IMG/VR virus record: IMGVR_UViG_3300035130_000222
Span: 1 to 50,270 of that record
Origin: a virus
Direction: 5' to 3' (one strand)
DNA length: 50,270 nt
The notes under the pieces are model-generated. The model ran no database searches. It saw nothing but the letters and a program-made list of their open reading frames with translations, and was not told the origin of the DNA. The translations under genes were made by a program, and so were the position numbers. The first letter of the stretch is position 1. Each line of letters opens with the position of its first letter. Positions 9,109 to 18,631 of this stretch are shown here, one piece after another.

Positions 9109-9588
9109 GTGTTCAAAGATAAAAAACAAATTGAATTTATTTTATCAAATGAAATAATTTATCAACACGAAGGTATTGAAAAAAAAACAAATAAATTAAT
9201 TCTTATTGCTCCATCAGCTAATCATAAAAAATCAACATTAAAATTAAAAAAATATATGACTGATGTAATCATAGAATTGCAATTTAGAAATAAATTAAAT
9301 TCTGATGATATTAAAAAACTTGAAAAAGATACAAATGTAAATGATGAAATAGACGGCAAACAATTATTAACTATGATATACGGAATATTACCTCTTGAAA
9401 AAGTAGAGTTATTCTATGACGTATTTTGGGATATAATGTGCAAAAATTTATGCTTTATTGATGGCAATGTACCTTTGAATAATTTATTAAAAGAATCAAT
9501 AAGTGAAGATGATGAACAAGATATCATGGCAGCGTATTTGGAAAATTTTATTACTCCACCATGGAAGGAAGCACGCAAGAAGAAATAA
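9109..9588 (+). CDS. Tail assembly chaperone (gpG analogue), GTG start
   Basis: Strong SD TAGGAGG before the GTG. Position immediately upstream of the tape measure. Overlapped at its 3' end by a -1 frame ORF. Confidence 0.65.
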   Translation: MFKDKKQIEFILSNEIIYQHEGIEKKTNKLILIAPSANHKKSTLKLKKYMTDVIIELQFRNKLNSDDIKKLEKDTNVNDEIDGKQLLTMIYGILPLEKVELFYDVFWDIMCKNLCFIDGNVPLNNLLKESISEDDEQDIMAAYLENFITPPWKEARKKK

Positions 9589-9746
9589 TGTTTGAAATAT
9601 GCAAAATTATTTATTTCTTCAATGGTGGATTTAGTTATAAAGAATTGCAAAATATGCCTTTGCCAGAAGTTTTTGACATAATACAAAATATGAAAAAAAT
9701 ACAAAATGGAATTGAAACTGAATTAAGAAAAAATAATATAAGGTAA
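9109..9746 (+). CDS. Predicted -1 frameshift fusion chaperone (gpGT analogue)
   Basis: The -1 frame is open from 9507 to 9746. A canonical X_XXY_YYZ heptamer A_AAT_TTT sits at 9543-9549 in the zero frame, inside the overlap. Confidence 0.5.
9543..9549 (+). other. Candidate -1 programmed ribosomal frameshift slippery heptamer A_AAT_TTT
   Basis: Zero-frame codons are GAA AAT TTT ATT (E N F I, matching the given translation). The heptamer fits X_XXY_YYZ. Confidence 0.5.
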
Positions 9747-9756
9747 TTATTTAAAA

Positions 9757-11214
9757 ATGACTTATGACGTATCATATACAATTACAGCAGTAGATAGATT
9801 TAGTCAAACAGCAGCTAGAATTGTTAGATCAATGGGAAATATAACAAGAAAAGCTATGTTACTAAGACAGAAAGTTAAAGATGCTGGTGATTCAATGGTA
9901 CGAACTGGAAAAGCTTTAACTGCTGGTTTAACTCTCCCAATTGCTGGTTTTGGCATTGCAGCATTAAAAGCTAGCGCAAATATGGAAACAATTACTGCTA
10001 AATTTACTACAATATTCCATTCTTCAAAAAAAGCTAAAGAGTTTGTGCAAAAATTAATTGATTTTACTGCAAAAACACCATTTCGTATTCAGGGTATGGC
10101 AGGTGCAGCAATTCAATTGATAAATTTTGGCGTTAGTGGAAAAAATGTTTTAAAAGTATTAAAACAACTTGGTGATATAGCTGCAGGAGCAAAATACGGT
10201 GATATAGAAACTCTTGCGCAAATTTACGGTATAGTACATCAAACAGGAAAACTTAATACTCGTGAATTAAGGCAAATGATGCACCAGGGAATAGGTATGA
10301 CAGATGTTTTAGGAAAAATTGCAAAAGAACATGGGCATATTTTAAAAAATGTATTAAAACAAGCAGAAGCTGGTTATATTAATGCTAAAGTTTATGATGA
10401 ATTATTAGATAAATTAACAAAAGGAAGCGGAGTTTTTGCAAATGCAATGTTAATCCTGATGGGTACATTAAAAGGATTGACAAGCACATTACTTGATAAT
10501 GTTACACTTACATTAGCACCAATTGGTGATTTAATAGTTGATGCATTAGATTTAAAAACAAATATGTTTAATTTAATTAATGCGCTTGGAAGAATTAGAA
10601 AATCAGTTGTTGTTTTTGAAAAAACACATCACACATTAGCAAAAATATTAGTATATGTTGGATTAATTATTGCCGCTATTGGACCTCTTTTTGTGACAAT
10701 GGGTGTATTAACATTAGCAATATCAGCAGCATTTGCACCAATCACTCTTGCAGTTATTGCTGTAATTGCACTTACTGCTGCATTTGTTGGTTTGTACATG
10801 AGAAGCAAAGATTTTCGCGACGTTGTTAATCAATTATATGCAATATCAAAGGCAATATGGCCATTTTGGAGTTTTATTATTAAAGGATTGCTTGAAGGAC
10901 TTGGAGATGCACTTTATTTAATCGGGCAAATGCTTACAAAATTAAACGTTTATTATTGGATAGCAAAAGCTATTTATGCAATTTTTCATAAAAAGCATCA
11001 TGCTGTTAATCAACAAACAGGAACACAAACTGTTATGCATCAAACAATGATGCATAATATGATGGGTGCTTTTTCTTTAAAACCTCAAACTGTAACATCA
11101 AAAATGCATATATCACTAAATGACCCTGGTAAAATGGTTAATAATATTACAACAAAAGGAATGCAGCATACTTATTTTGATTTGGGAAACAACATGGCGT
11201 TCTCACGGATGTAG
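9757..11214 (+). CDS. Tail tape measure protein
   Basis: TP901-type core region (TAKTPFRIQGMAGAAIQLINFG ... LGDIAAGA), hydrophobic central segments, and position after the chaperone pair. Confidence 0.85.
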   Translation: MTYDVSYTITAVDRFSQTAARIVRSMGNITRKAMLLRQKVKDAGDSMVRTGKALTAGLTLPIAGFGIAALKASANMETITAKFTTIFHSSKKAKEFVQKLIDFTAKTPFRIQGMAGAAIQLINFGVSGKNVLKVLKQLGDIAAGAKYGDIETLAQIYGIVHQTGKLNTRELRQMMHQGIGMTDVLGKIAKEHGHILKNVLKQAEAGYINAKVYDELLDKLTKGSGVFANAMLILMGTLKGLTSTLLDNVTLTLAPIGDLIVDALDLKTNMFNLINALGRIRKSVVVFEKTHHTLAKILVYVGLIIAAIGPLFVTMGVLTLAISAAFAPITLAVIAVIALTAAFVGLYMRSKDFRDVVNQLYAISKAIWPFWSFIIKGLLEGLGDALYLIGQMLTKLNVYYWIAKAIYAIFHKKHHAVNQQTGTQTVMHQTMMHNMMGAFSLKPQTVTSKMHISLNDPGKMVNNITTKGMQHTYFDLGNNMAFSRM

Positions 11215-11222
11215 GTGATTAT

Positions 11223-12413
11223 ATGTCTGTTTTTGACACAACTTACCCAGCTGACTTTAAAGGCGTTGGTTTTATCTATGTAAGCGGGACAATCACTGCA
11301 GGTAGAAAAACTGTAACACACGAATATCCAAATAAAGATTTTAGATATGTTGAAGATTTGGGCAAAAATTTACGGATTTTTAGCATTAACGGATTGGTGC
11401 ATGGTGAATTATATACCGTAAAAAAATTAGCACTCGAGCAAGCATTAAGCAGCAAAGATATTGGGATATTAACACATCCCTTTCTAGGTATGATTAATTG
11501 TGAGTGTACAAGTTATACAGTAAGCGAAGAATTTGCAAACACTGGAATAGCAAATTTCACAATGAATTTTTCAGAAGCTGAAGAACCGCTTTATCCGACT
11601 GCTGATATTAATAATATTGCAAAAATAGCAAATTTATACGACGAATTATATGATTTTATCAATAGTGATTTTAATAGTCAGTACTCTGTAAATTTTAATC
11701 GCAACATAATTAGATCTGCTGACAAATTGCTCAATTTATCATCACAACTTAATGCAATTAGCAGAAATACAGCTGCATTAAATACAAGTAATACTGATTT
11801 TCGCGAGATTTTGAGAACATTTGATAATAATGTGTACAGAACAGCATCAAATACAGATGATGATGCAGGCGAAAATATATCTAATTTAATATCAAATTTT
11901 GACGCATTATCAGACGATGGTGCAACAAGATTTAATGCTAGCTTAAAATTTATACAGTTCGGCTTGACTGATCAATTTGTGACTGCAAATACTTCAGAAT
12001 CTGAAGAAAATAAAAAAAATAATAAATTAATCAATGGGACAATTAATGCGCTTGCTTTTTGTAATTTAGTAGATTCTGCGACAGATATTGATTATCAAAC
12101 AGATAATGAATTAGATAATATTGCAGGAACTCTAGATGAATCATACGATTATTTATTGAACAGTTCTAACGATATATTATCAAACGATCTTTTAGATAAA
12201 ATTAATGAATTGCGGAATCAAGCTCGTGTATTTTTTGAGCAAAGACGTTTAATTGTTAATAAAATTATTGAAATTGAGACAAAAACGATTCCCATGACTG
12301 TTTTAGCATTCAATTATTATGGTAATACTGATAATTATGATGAATTATTAGACATTAATCTATCTTATAATCCATCGCGCATAGAAGGGACTGTGAAAAT
12401 TTTAGAAGCATAA
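11223..12413 (+). CDS. Mu gp43 (N) / DNA circulation-like tail protein
   Basis: N-terminal FKGVGFIYVSGTITAGRKTVTHEYPNKDFRYVEDLG matches the DNA-circulation N-terminal pattern. Gene order is as in Mu. Confidence 0.75.
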   Translation: MSVFDTTYPADFKGVGFIYVSGTITAGRKTVTHEYPNKDFRYVEDLGKNLRIFSINGLVHGELYTVKKLALEQALSSKDIGILTHPFLGMINCECTSYTVSEEFANTGIANFTMNFSEAEEPLYPTADINNIAKIANLYDELYDFINSDFNSQYSVNFNRNIIRSADKLLNLSSQLNAISRNTAALNTSNTDFREILRTFDNNVYRTASNTDDDAGENISNLISNFDALSDDGATRFNASLKFIQFGLTDQFVTANTSESEENKKNNKLINGTINALAFCNLVDSATDIDYQTDNELDNIAGTLDESYDYLLNSSNDILSNDLLDKINELRNQARVFFEQRRLIVNKIIEIETKTIPMTVLAFNYYGNTDNYDELLDINLSYNPSRIEGTVKILEA

Positions 12414-12456
12414 AAAACATAATGATATTGCAAAATATTGTAAATTAGGGTGAATA

Positions 12457-13554
12457 ATGTCTGAAATTCATTTGGAAGTTAATGGTAATTTATACACAGG
12501 ATGGGAGACTATTAGAGTAACAAGATCTCTTGATAAATTTTGTGGATCATTTTTTTTCACAACATCATCATTTAAAAATAATGTTTTTCCAATTTTTGTT
12601 GGAAATATTTGTAAAATTTACGTAGAAAATTCACTTGTAATGACAGGATGGATAGAAAAAATTGACACTACATATGATGTGCAAAATCATACAATAACTA
12701 TAAGCGGTAGAGATATAACATGTGATATTGTTGACAGTCAACCTGATATGTCAAAAATTGAATTTAAAAAAGCAGATTTAATAACTATAACAAAAAAAAT
12801 ATTAGAAATATTAAATTTACAAGATATTAAAATAATTAATAGATTTAATTTAAAAAAATTTTCTGGTGTTTCTGGTGATTCTATAGGAACAACAGCGTAT
12901 GATTTTTTATCAAAATATGCAAAAAAATCACAGGTATTATTAACTACAAATGGAAATGGATATATTGTTTTTGAAAGAGCAAAAAATGAAATTTATAACA
13001 CAGTATTATCAACAGATAAAAATGCATTAGCAACAATACTCAATTCTTCATGCAGTTATGATAACACTAAAAGATTTTATCATTATAATTTATCAACATC
13101 TGCATCAATAAATGATTTTATTGGTAAACCATCAGAAATGATTAAAATTAAAGCTGATGCATATGATAAGGAAATAAGAAAATCAAGAATATTATATATT
13201 GAGCCTCCTGATAATAGCGATCAAGATGAAACTGAAGATACTGCGAAATGGGAAGCTAATTTTAGGCGCGCTAATTCAGTTATATACAATTGCGAAGTTC
13301 AAGGATTTATTCCTAAACTTGACAATGAAATATGGAAAGTTAATAAGTTAGTAAAAGTATTTGATCAAAGTGCCGGATTAGATGGACAGTCAATTGATGC
13401 TAATTTATTAATTACAGAGGTAACATATTCTCAATCTGTAGATGATGGATCAAAGACTAATTTAATATTAATGATACAAGATGCATTTACGTTACAAGTA
13501 AATAGACCACAAAAAAATAAAAAAAGTGGAAAAGTTCAAGATGATTTTAATTAA
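12457..13554 (+). CDS. Baseplate hub protein (Mu gp44 / P-like)
   Basis: Size and position between the DNA-circulation-like gene and the spike gene. Confidence 0.6.
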   Translation: MSEIHLEVNGNLYTGWETIRVTRSLDKFCGSFFFTTSSFKNNVFPIFVGNICKIYVENSLVMTGWIEKIDTTYDVQNHTITISGRDITCDIVDSQPDMSKIEFKKADLITITKKILEILNLQDIKIINRFNLKKFSGVSGDSIGTTAYDFLSKYAKKSQVLLTTNGNGYIVFERAKNEIYNTVLSTDKNALATILNSSCSYDNTKRFYHYNLSTSASINDFIGKPSEMIKIKADAYDKEIRKSRILYIEPPDNSDQDETEDTAKWEANFRRANSVIYNCEVQGFIPKLDNEIWKVNKLVKVFDQSAGLDGQSIDANLLITEVTYSQSVDDGSKTNLILMIQDAFTLQVNRPQKNKKSGKVQDDFN

Positions 13555-13579
13555 TTATTAATTTAAACGGAGAAATATA

Positions 13580-14071
13580 TTGTTAAAGTATTTTTTAAAA
13601 TTAATAAAAAATATTATTAAAGTTGGATATGTATCAAATAGTTTACCTGATACAGGTCAATTTCCAAAAGTCCAAGTTGAATATCCAAACAAGCATGGAG
13701 ATGCATTTGTTATTAATCCGTATGGATTATACACACGGCTCCCCGTTGGAGTACAAGCTATAATTTTTGCTGTTAATGGGAATGACAATAATAGGGCGAT
13801 TATAGGATGCAGCAGAGATGAAAGGTTTAAAAATCTTGAAGAGGGTGAGGTACTTATTGGAAATGTGATAAAAAATACTTATGTCAAATTTAAAAATGAT
13901 GGATCTGTAGAGATATATACAAGTGGAAATGTTAATATAAATGCTGCGCAAACAAATTTAGGTAGTGGTGGTAATCAAATAGCAAGGCTTGGAGATCAAA
14001 TAACTGTAAATATTGGAGGAACTGATTATTATGGTACAATCACAAGCGCTGGCACAAACACATCAATTTAA
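13580..14071 (+). CDS. Baseplate spike / assembly protein V-like (Mu gp45), TTG start
   Basis: OB-fold-like N-terminus (KVQVEYPNKHGDAFVINPYG ... PVGVQAIIFAVNGNDNNRAIIG) typical of gpV/gp45. SD ACGGAG. Confidence 0.7.
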   Translation: MLKYFLKLIKNIIKVGYVSNSLPDTGQFPKVQVEYPNKHGDAFVINPYGLYTRLPVGVQAIIFAVNGNDNNRAIIGCSRDERFKNLEEGEVLIGNVIKNTYVKFKNDGSVEIYTSGNVNINAAQTNLGSGGNQIARLGDQITVNIGGTDYYGTITSAGTNTSI

Positions 14072-14119
14072 GATGTATTTAATAGATTTTAAAAAAAATA
14101 TTTTTTATGAGTATATATT

Positions 14120-14593
14120 ATGGCTTTTGTAGATTTTAAATTAATAAAAAATAATTACGGATTATATGATATTAATTTTATAGATGGAGATATAGAAATA
14201 ACACAGGGATTTGAAACATCATTGCTAATGACTGTTTTATGTGAGAGAAGAGCATCAGCAAGTGAGATATCAATAGCACAAAAAAGACGTGGATGGTGGG
14301 GTAATGCATTTTTAGGATATAATAATTTTGAGCAAGGATCTAAATTATGGTTATTATCACAAGCAAGAGCTGATCAGTTAACACTTAATAATGCAAAAAC
14401 TTTTTTAAATAATGCGCTACAATGGTATATAACAGATAGTTTATTATCAAATTTTACAGTTGATACATCATATAATGCGCAAAAAGAATTATTAATAAAA
14501 ATTTCTTTAATAATTAGTAGCGATATTGTTCTGTCTAAATATTTTAAGTTGTGGCAAAATACTATACAAGAATTAGAAAATGATATTAATTAA
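14120..14593 (+). CDS. Mu gp46-like baseplate protein
   Basis: Motif GFETSLLMTVLCERRA ... RRGWWGN is typical of the phage GP46 family. Confidence 0.75.
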   Translation: MAFVDFKLIKNNYGLYDINFIDGDIEITQGFETSLLMTVLCERRASASEISIAQKRRGWWGNAFLGYNNFEQGSKLWLLSQARADQLTLNNAKTFLNNALQWYITDSLLSNFTVDTSYNAQKELLIKISLIISSDIVLSKYFKLWQNTIQELENDIN

Positions 14594-14668
14594 AAGATAT
14601 AAAATAAATATTTTTTTTATTAATATATTTTATTAATATAAGTTTATGAATTATATAAATATACAATA

Positions 14669-15985
14669 ATGAGTATTATTTTTCCTGAAAATCGACAATC
14701 AGTTACAGATAGGCTTTTGTCTGATGTACAAAACGAACTGCCTGTTTTAAATCCATTTTTACGAACATCGTATATTAGAGCTTTATGTGTTGGGATATCA
14801 GGAAGAATTTTTGATTTATACAAACAAGAATCTCAAATAAAAAATGAAATGTTTAGTCAAACAGCAAAAGATATAACTTTTCTGAGGCAAATTGGATTAT
14901 TAAAAGGAATTGATGTTAATCCTGCAAGCACAGCATTAGGATTTATTACAGCAACAGGGTCAATAGGATCAACAATAACGCTTGGAACTATTTATCAAAA
15001 TGAAAGCGATATCCAATATGAGGTTATAAATGGTAATTATAATATTACCCAACATATATATAATGTTGGAATAACAAGAAGCGGAATAATAGCTACAGTA
15101 ACAACATCTATAAATCATAAATTAGCACCTAATATCTCTGTTACAATAGCAGGAGCAAACGAATCTGAATACAACGGTACATTTACAATTTTGGAAACAA
15201 CAGAAAATACATTTACTTATACTGTGTCAGGATCTCCTGCAACACCGGCTACTGGAACTATTACAGCAACATCAAACGTTGCAAGCGTTGAAATTCAGTC
15301 TGTTGAAACTGGTCAGGATAAAAATTTAGATAGCGGTGCAAAATTAACATTATTATCACCGATTGTTGGTGTTGATGATGATGCTTATGTTCAAGCTGGA
15401 AAAATAGCAGGTGGTGAAGATGAAGAAGAGATCGAATCTTACAGAGCTAGAGTTCTTGATGCTTATGCTAATCCTATATCTAATTTTAATGATGCTGATA
15501 TAACAAAAACATTAAAGGAAATACCTTGGATAACAAAAGTTTGGACTTTTGATGCTTATCCTGTTGCAGGAGAAATTGAAGTATATTTTATACGCGCAAA
15601 CGATGACGATATTATCCCAACTCCTGCAGAATTACTTGAAGCAAAAACTGAGCTTTTAAAAATAAAAACAGCACCAATGCTTGATGATGATGTTAATGTT
15701 ATTGCGCCAACAAAAGTTCCTGTTGATTTTGTATTTACAGATTTAGTGCCAAATTCACAATCGATGCAAAATACAATCAAAGAAAATTTAATTCAATTTT
15801 TTAAAGAAATTCCTGATGTTAGTATTGATTTAATAGAAGATGCTTATAGATCAATTATTTATCAAACAATTAATCCAGAGACAGGAGAACATGTAGAAAG
15901 TTTTACATTATCATCGCCTGTTGGTGATATCACAATATCGCATGGGCAGCTTGCAGTGTACAATTCTTGTACATTTTTAACGTAG
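14669..15985 (+). CDS. Baseplate J-like wedge protein (Mu gp47) with an inserted SEYNG domain
   Basis: Size and gene order. The N-terminal and C-terminal segments are typical of Baseplate_J. The insert resembles a domain of 5314-6405. Confidence 0.8.
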   Translation: MSIIFPENRQSVTDRLLSDVQNELPVLNPFLRTSYIRALCVGISGRIFDLYKQESQIKNEMFSQTAKDITFLRQIGLLKGIDVNPASTALGFITATGSIGSTITLGTIYQNESDIQYEVINGNYNITQHIYNVGITRSGIIATVTTSINHKLAPNISVTIAGANESEYNGTFTILETTENTFTYTVSGSPATPATGTITATSNVASVEIQSVETGQDKNLDSGAKLTLLSPIVGVDDDAYVQAGKIAGGEDEEEIESYRARVLDAYANPISNFNDADITKTLKEIPWITKVWTFDAYPVAGEIEVYFIRANDDDIIPTPAELLEAKTELLKIKTAPMLDDDVNVIAPTKVPVDFVFTDLVPNSQSMQNTIKENLIQFFKEIPDVSIDLIEDAYRSIIYQTINPETGEHVESFTLSSPVGDITISHGQLAVYNSCTFLT

Positions 15986-15994
15986 AAAATAGTA

Positions 15995-16636
15995 ATGGAA
16001 ATATTACCACAACAAACAACTTTTATTGTTAACACAGATGAGCAAATCACACAATCACTTGCTGATTATTTGCCAAATGATGATATTTTCAGATCAAAAA
16101 ATATACAAGGATCTAATTTAAGATCGCTTTTACAAGCATTTTCATCCGAATTTATGCGTGTTGAGGCAAAAATTAAAGAATTGGCAGACGAACACTATTT
16201 ACCTTACACATATAATTTAATTGATGAATGGGAAAGGCAATTAGGAATTCCTGATGAGTGTTTTAATCCTAAAAATAAATCAATTGAAGAGCGTAGGCAA
16301 TATGCAATTGCAAAATTTGCATTAATGAATTTGACATCAACACCAGATTTTATCGCGCTAGCTGATTTTTTTGGTGTCAGAATAGAGATATTAAACGGAT
16401 ATCAACATAGTAATTTTTTTCCGTTTACATTTCCAATTTATTTTTTTGGGTCAATTAAAGAAGCAAAATTTACAATGATTGTACATTTTCTTGACATAAA
16501 TAGACCGTCAAATGTATTCCCGTTGACTTTTCCCATAACTTTCGGTGAAGAAACGCTTGCTAATTTAATTTTATGCATTTTTAACAAATTAAAACCTGCA
16601 CCAGTCAAAATTGTAGCTAGATATAGAGATGATTAA
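15995..16636 (+). CDS. Mu gp48 / P2 gpI-like baseplate protein (DUF2313-type)
   Basis: Motif LIDEWERQLGIPDEC is typical of this family. Follows the J-like gene. Confidence 0.75.
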   Translation: MEILPQQTTFIVNTDEQITQSLADYLPNDDIFRSKNIQGSNLRSLLQAFSSEFMRVEAKIKELADEHYLPYTYNLIDEWERQLGIPDECFNPKNKSIEERRQYAIAKFALMNLTSTPDFIALADFFGVRIEILNGYQHSNFFPFTFPIYFFGSIKEAKFTMIVHFLDINRPSNVFPLTFPITFGEETLANLILCIFNKLKPAPVKIVARYRDD

Positions 16637-16686
16637 TAAGATAAAAGGTAACTATTCACCAAAATTTTGCTTGAGTTTTAAATTTA

Positions 16687-16781
16687 GGGGCGCATCTACC
16701 TCCCGCGCCTCTATCCCTGTGCGCTAGTCGTCACAAAATCAATCCGAAAATCTCTGGTACAATCGCCCTGCGCCTACTGCA
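16687..16781. other. GC-rich non-coding island (four GCGC cores, imperfect direct repeat CCxGCGCCTxx) in an otherwise AT-rich genome
   Basis: Read directly. No ORF of 60 aa or more on either strand across 16637-16939. GGCGCA (16689-16694) can pair with TGCGCC (16769-16774). Confidence 0.6.
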
Positions 16782-16939
16782 AACTCTATATTCTAAATAC
16801 TATTATTTGCTTTGTTTCATTCATCCTTTAAAAATTCGCTGAATAATTACGATAAAAGTATAAATAAAATTTTTTATAATTGAAGCATATATCATTTAAT
16901 GTACAATTTTTAATTATTAATTATTTAATGAGATAACGC

Positions 16940-18178
16940 ATGAGAGATGTACCAAGTAAATCGACAGGTGATATATATACAGCAGTTGAATTTAATGAGG
17001 GTGAAAATTCAGAATTAAAAAATTATGTTTTAAATAGTATTCAGTCGTTCTCACCAACAGATCTAAACCAAATGTCAAAAGGTGCTGCAAATTATGCATC
17101 AAAAGCATTTCATGGCGTTGATTCAGGTACAGCAAATCATTATATAATTAACGCAATATCTCCGATGCAAGCACCAACATTAGTAATGTCCGAAGGATCT
17201 AGATTTACATTTTATGCTGCTAATACAAATACGGCAGCAAGTGATTTACAAGCTTTTAATGATACAATTGCAAGGCCTATTCAAAAATATGATGGTACAG
17301 GTTTAGATCCTGGTGATATTGTTGCAGGCAGACTTGTTGAGGTAACTGTTAAAGGTGGTGCTTATATTCTTCAATCGATAGAAGATCCATTTTTGCGTGA
17401 AAGTTTGCCATTATTTAATGGAATATATGGATTATTCACAAATCCAAACGCAGCGAATCCAACAACTCATATTGATATAGCACCTGGAACTTTTAGAGAT
17501 ACGTTAAGTTATCAAGCATATACGCTTGCAGGAACATTTATCAAACGTCTTGATCAAGTTTGGGTTGCTGGATCTGGAAATGGTGGGCGTGCAAGTACTG
17601 TAGCATTATTGCCAAACACGTGGTATCACTTATTTGGAATAGCAACAACATCTTTTACAGTAGATTTTGGTTTTGACACATCAATTACTGCGACAAATTT
17701 ATTAGCAGATGCAACAGGATATACAGCATATAAACGTATCGCATCAGTTTATACCGATGGGTCATCAAATATTGTTAATTATATTGCTGGATCATTTCAC
17801 GGATCAGGATGTAACTGCGCTGATAGAGTTCACTACTGGATTACACCTGTTACTGATTATAATATAACAAATCCTGGTACGTCTGCTGTAGTTGTTGCAT
17901 TGCCAGTTCCTCCTGGAATTTATTGCGAAATGATTTTAAATGCATATTTATCTTCTCCAACTGTTGGATGCATAGGGTGGTTAACAAATGTATATCACGC
18001 CGATCTTGCTCCTGGAGCTGCTGGAGCGCCGTTAGGTAATATCACTGCTGATAATGCTAGCGCAAATGTTTATACATATAAAATAATTACAGATACAGCG
18101 CAACAAATTAGATATAGATTGTCAACATCTGATGCAAATACAAATTTAAAATTATCAGTTATGGGATGGGTTGAATAA
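16940..18178 (+). CDS. Tail fibre / receptor-binding protein candidate
   Basis: First gene after the baseplate block. The N-terminus (TAVEFNEGENSELKNYV) resembles fibre N-termini and the C-terminal part is Gly/Ala/Thr-rich. Confidence 0.55.
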   Translation: MRDVPSKSTGDIYTAVEFNEGENSELKNYVLNSIQSFSPTDLNQMSKGAANYASKAFHGVDSGTANHYIINAISPMQAPTLVMSEGSRFTFYAANTNTAASDLQAFNDTIARPIQKYDGTGLDPGDIVAGRLVEVTVKGGAYILQSIEDPFLRESLPLFNGIYGLFTNPNAANPTTHIDIAPGTFRDTLSYQAYTLAGTFIKRLDQVWVAGSGNGGRASTVALLPNTWYHLFGIATTSFTVDFGFDTSITATNLLADATGYTAYKRIASVYTDGSSNIVNYIAGSFHGSGCNCADRVHYWITPVTDYNITNPGTSAVVVALPVPPGIYCEMILNAYLSSPTVGCIGWLTNVYHADLAPGAAGAPLGNITADNASANVYTYKIITDTAQQIRYRLSTSDANTNLKLSVMGWVE

Positions 18179-18214
18179 TAAATTTTTTTATAAATTATAA
18201 AAATAGGTATAAAT

Positions 18215-18568
18215 ATGAGCAAAGTTACACAGTATTTAACATCAATAATTGAACCGCTTACTGCAATAATATTAAGCGGTCAAACTACAAGTGATATTGT
18301 AAAATTTTATGGATCAACTCTTAAAACAATAATTTTACCTGCTTCATTTGACGGAACATCATTAACTTTCAAAGTATCTTATGATGGCATAAGCTTTTTT
18401 GATTATTATAATGTTAATAACATACAAGTTAGTATTACATGCACAGCAGGACGCGCGTATGGAGTTCTTGCAAATGATTTTAACTCTATTTATGCATTAA
18501 AAATTGTTAGTAATGCATCAGAAACAGCAGATAGATCAATAATATTATTGCCGAGAAGCTACGGGTGA
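18215..18568 (+). CDS. Hypothetical tail-module protein (possible fibre accessory protein)
   Basis: Lies between the two fibre genes and is co-oriented. No motif recognised. Confidence 0.45.
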   Translation: MSKVTQYLTSIIEPLTAIILSGQTTSDIVKFYGSTLKTIILPASFDGTSLTFKVSYDGISFFDYYNVNNIQVSITCTAGRAYGVLANDFNSIYALKIVSNASETADRSIILLPRSYG

Positions 18569-18631
18569 TTTTAAAAGTTATATTTAAAAGTTATAAAAAA
18601 TAAAATATTTAATATAAGGTAATATAAAAAT

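Noticed and set aside
16687-16781. The GC-rich island as a tRNA gene or a tRNA-derived attP core.
   Set aside because: I could find no cloverleaf and no T-loop (GTTCGAATC-like) or acceptor/CCA features on either strand. The genome has no recognisable integrase. It is kept as an unexplained element instead.
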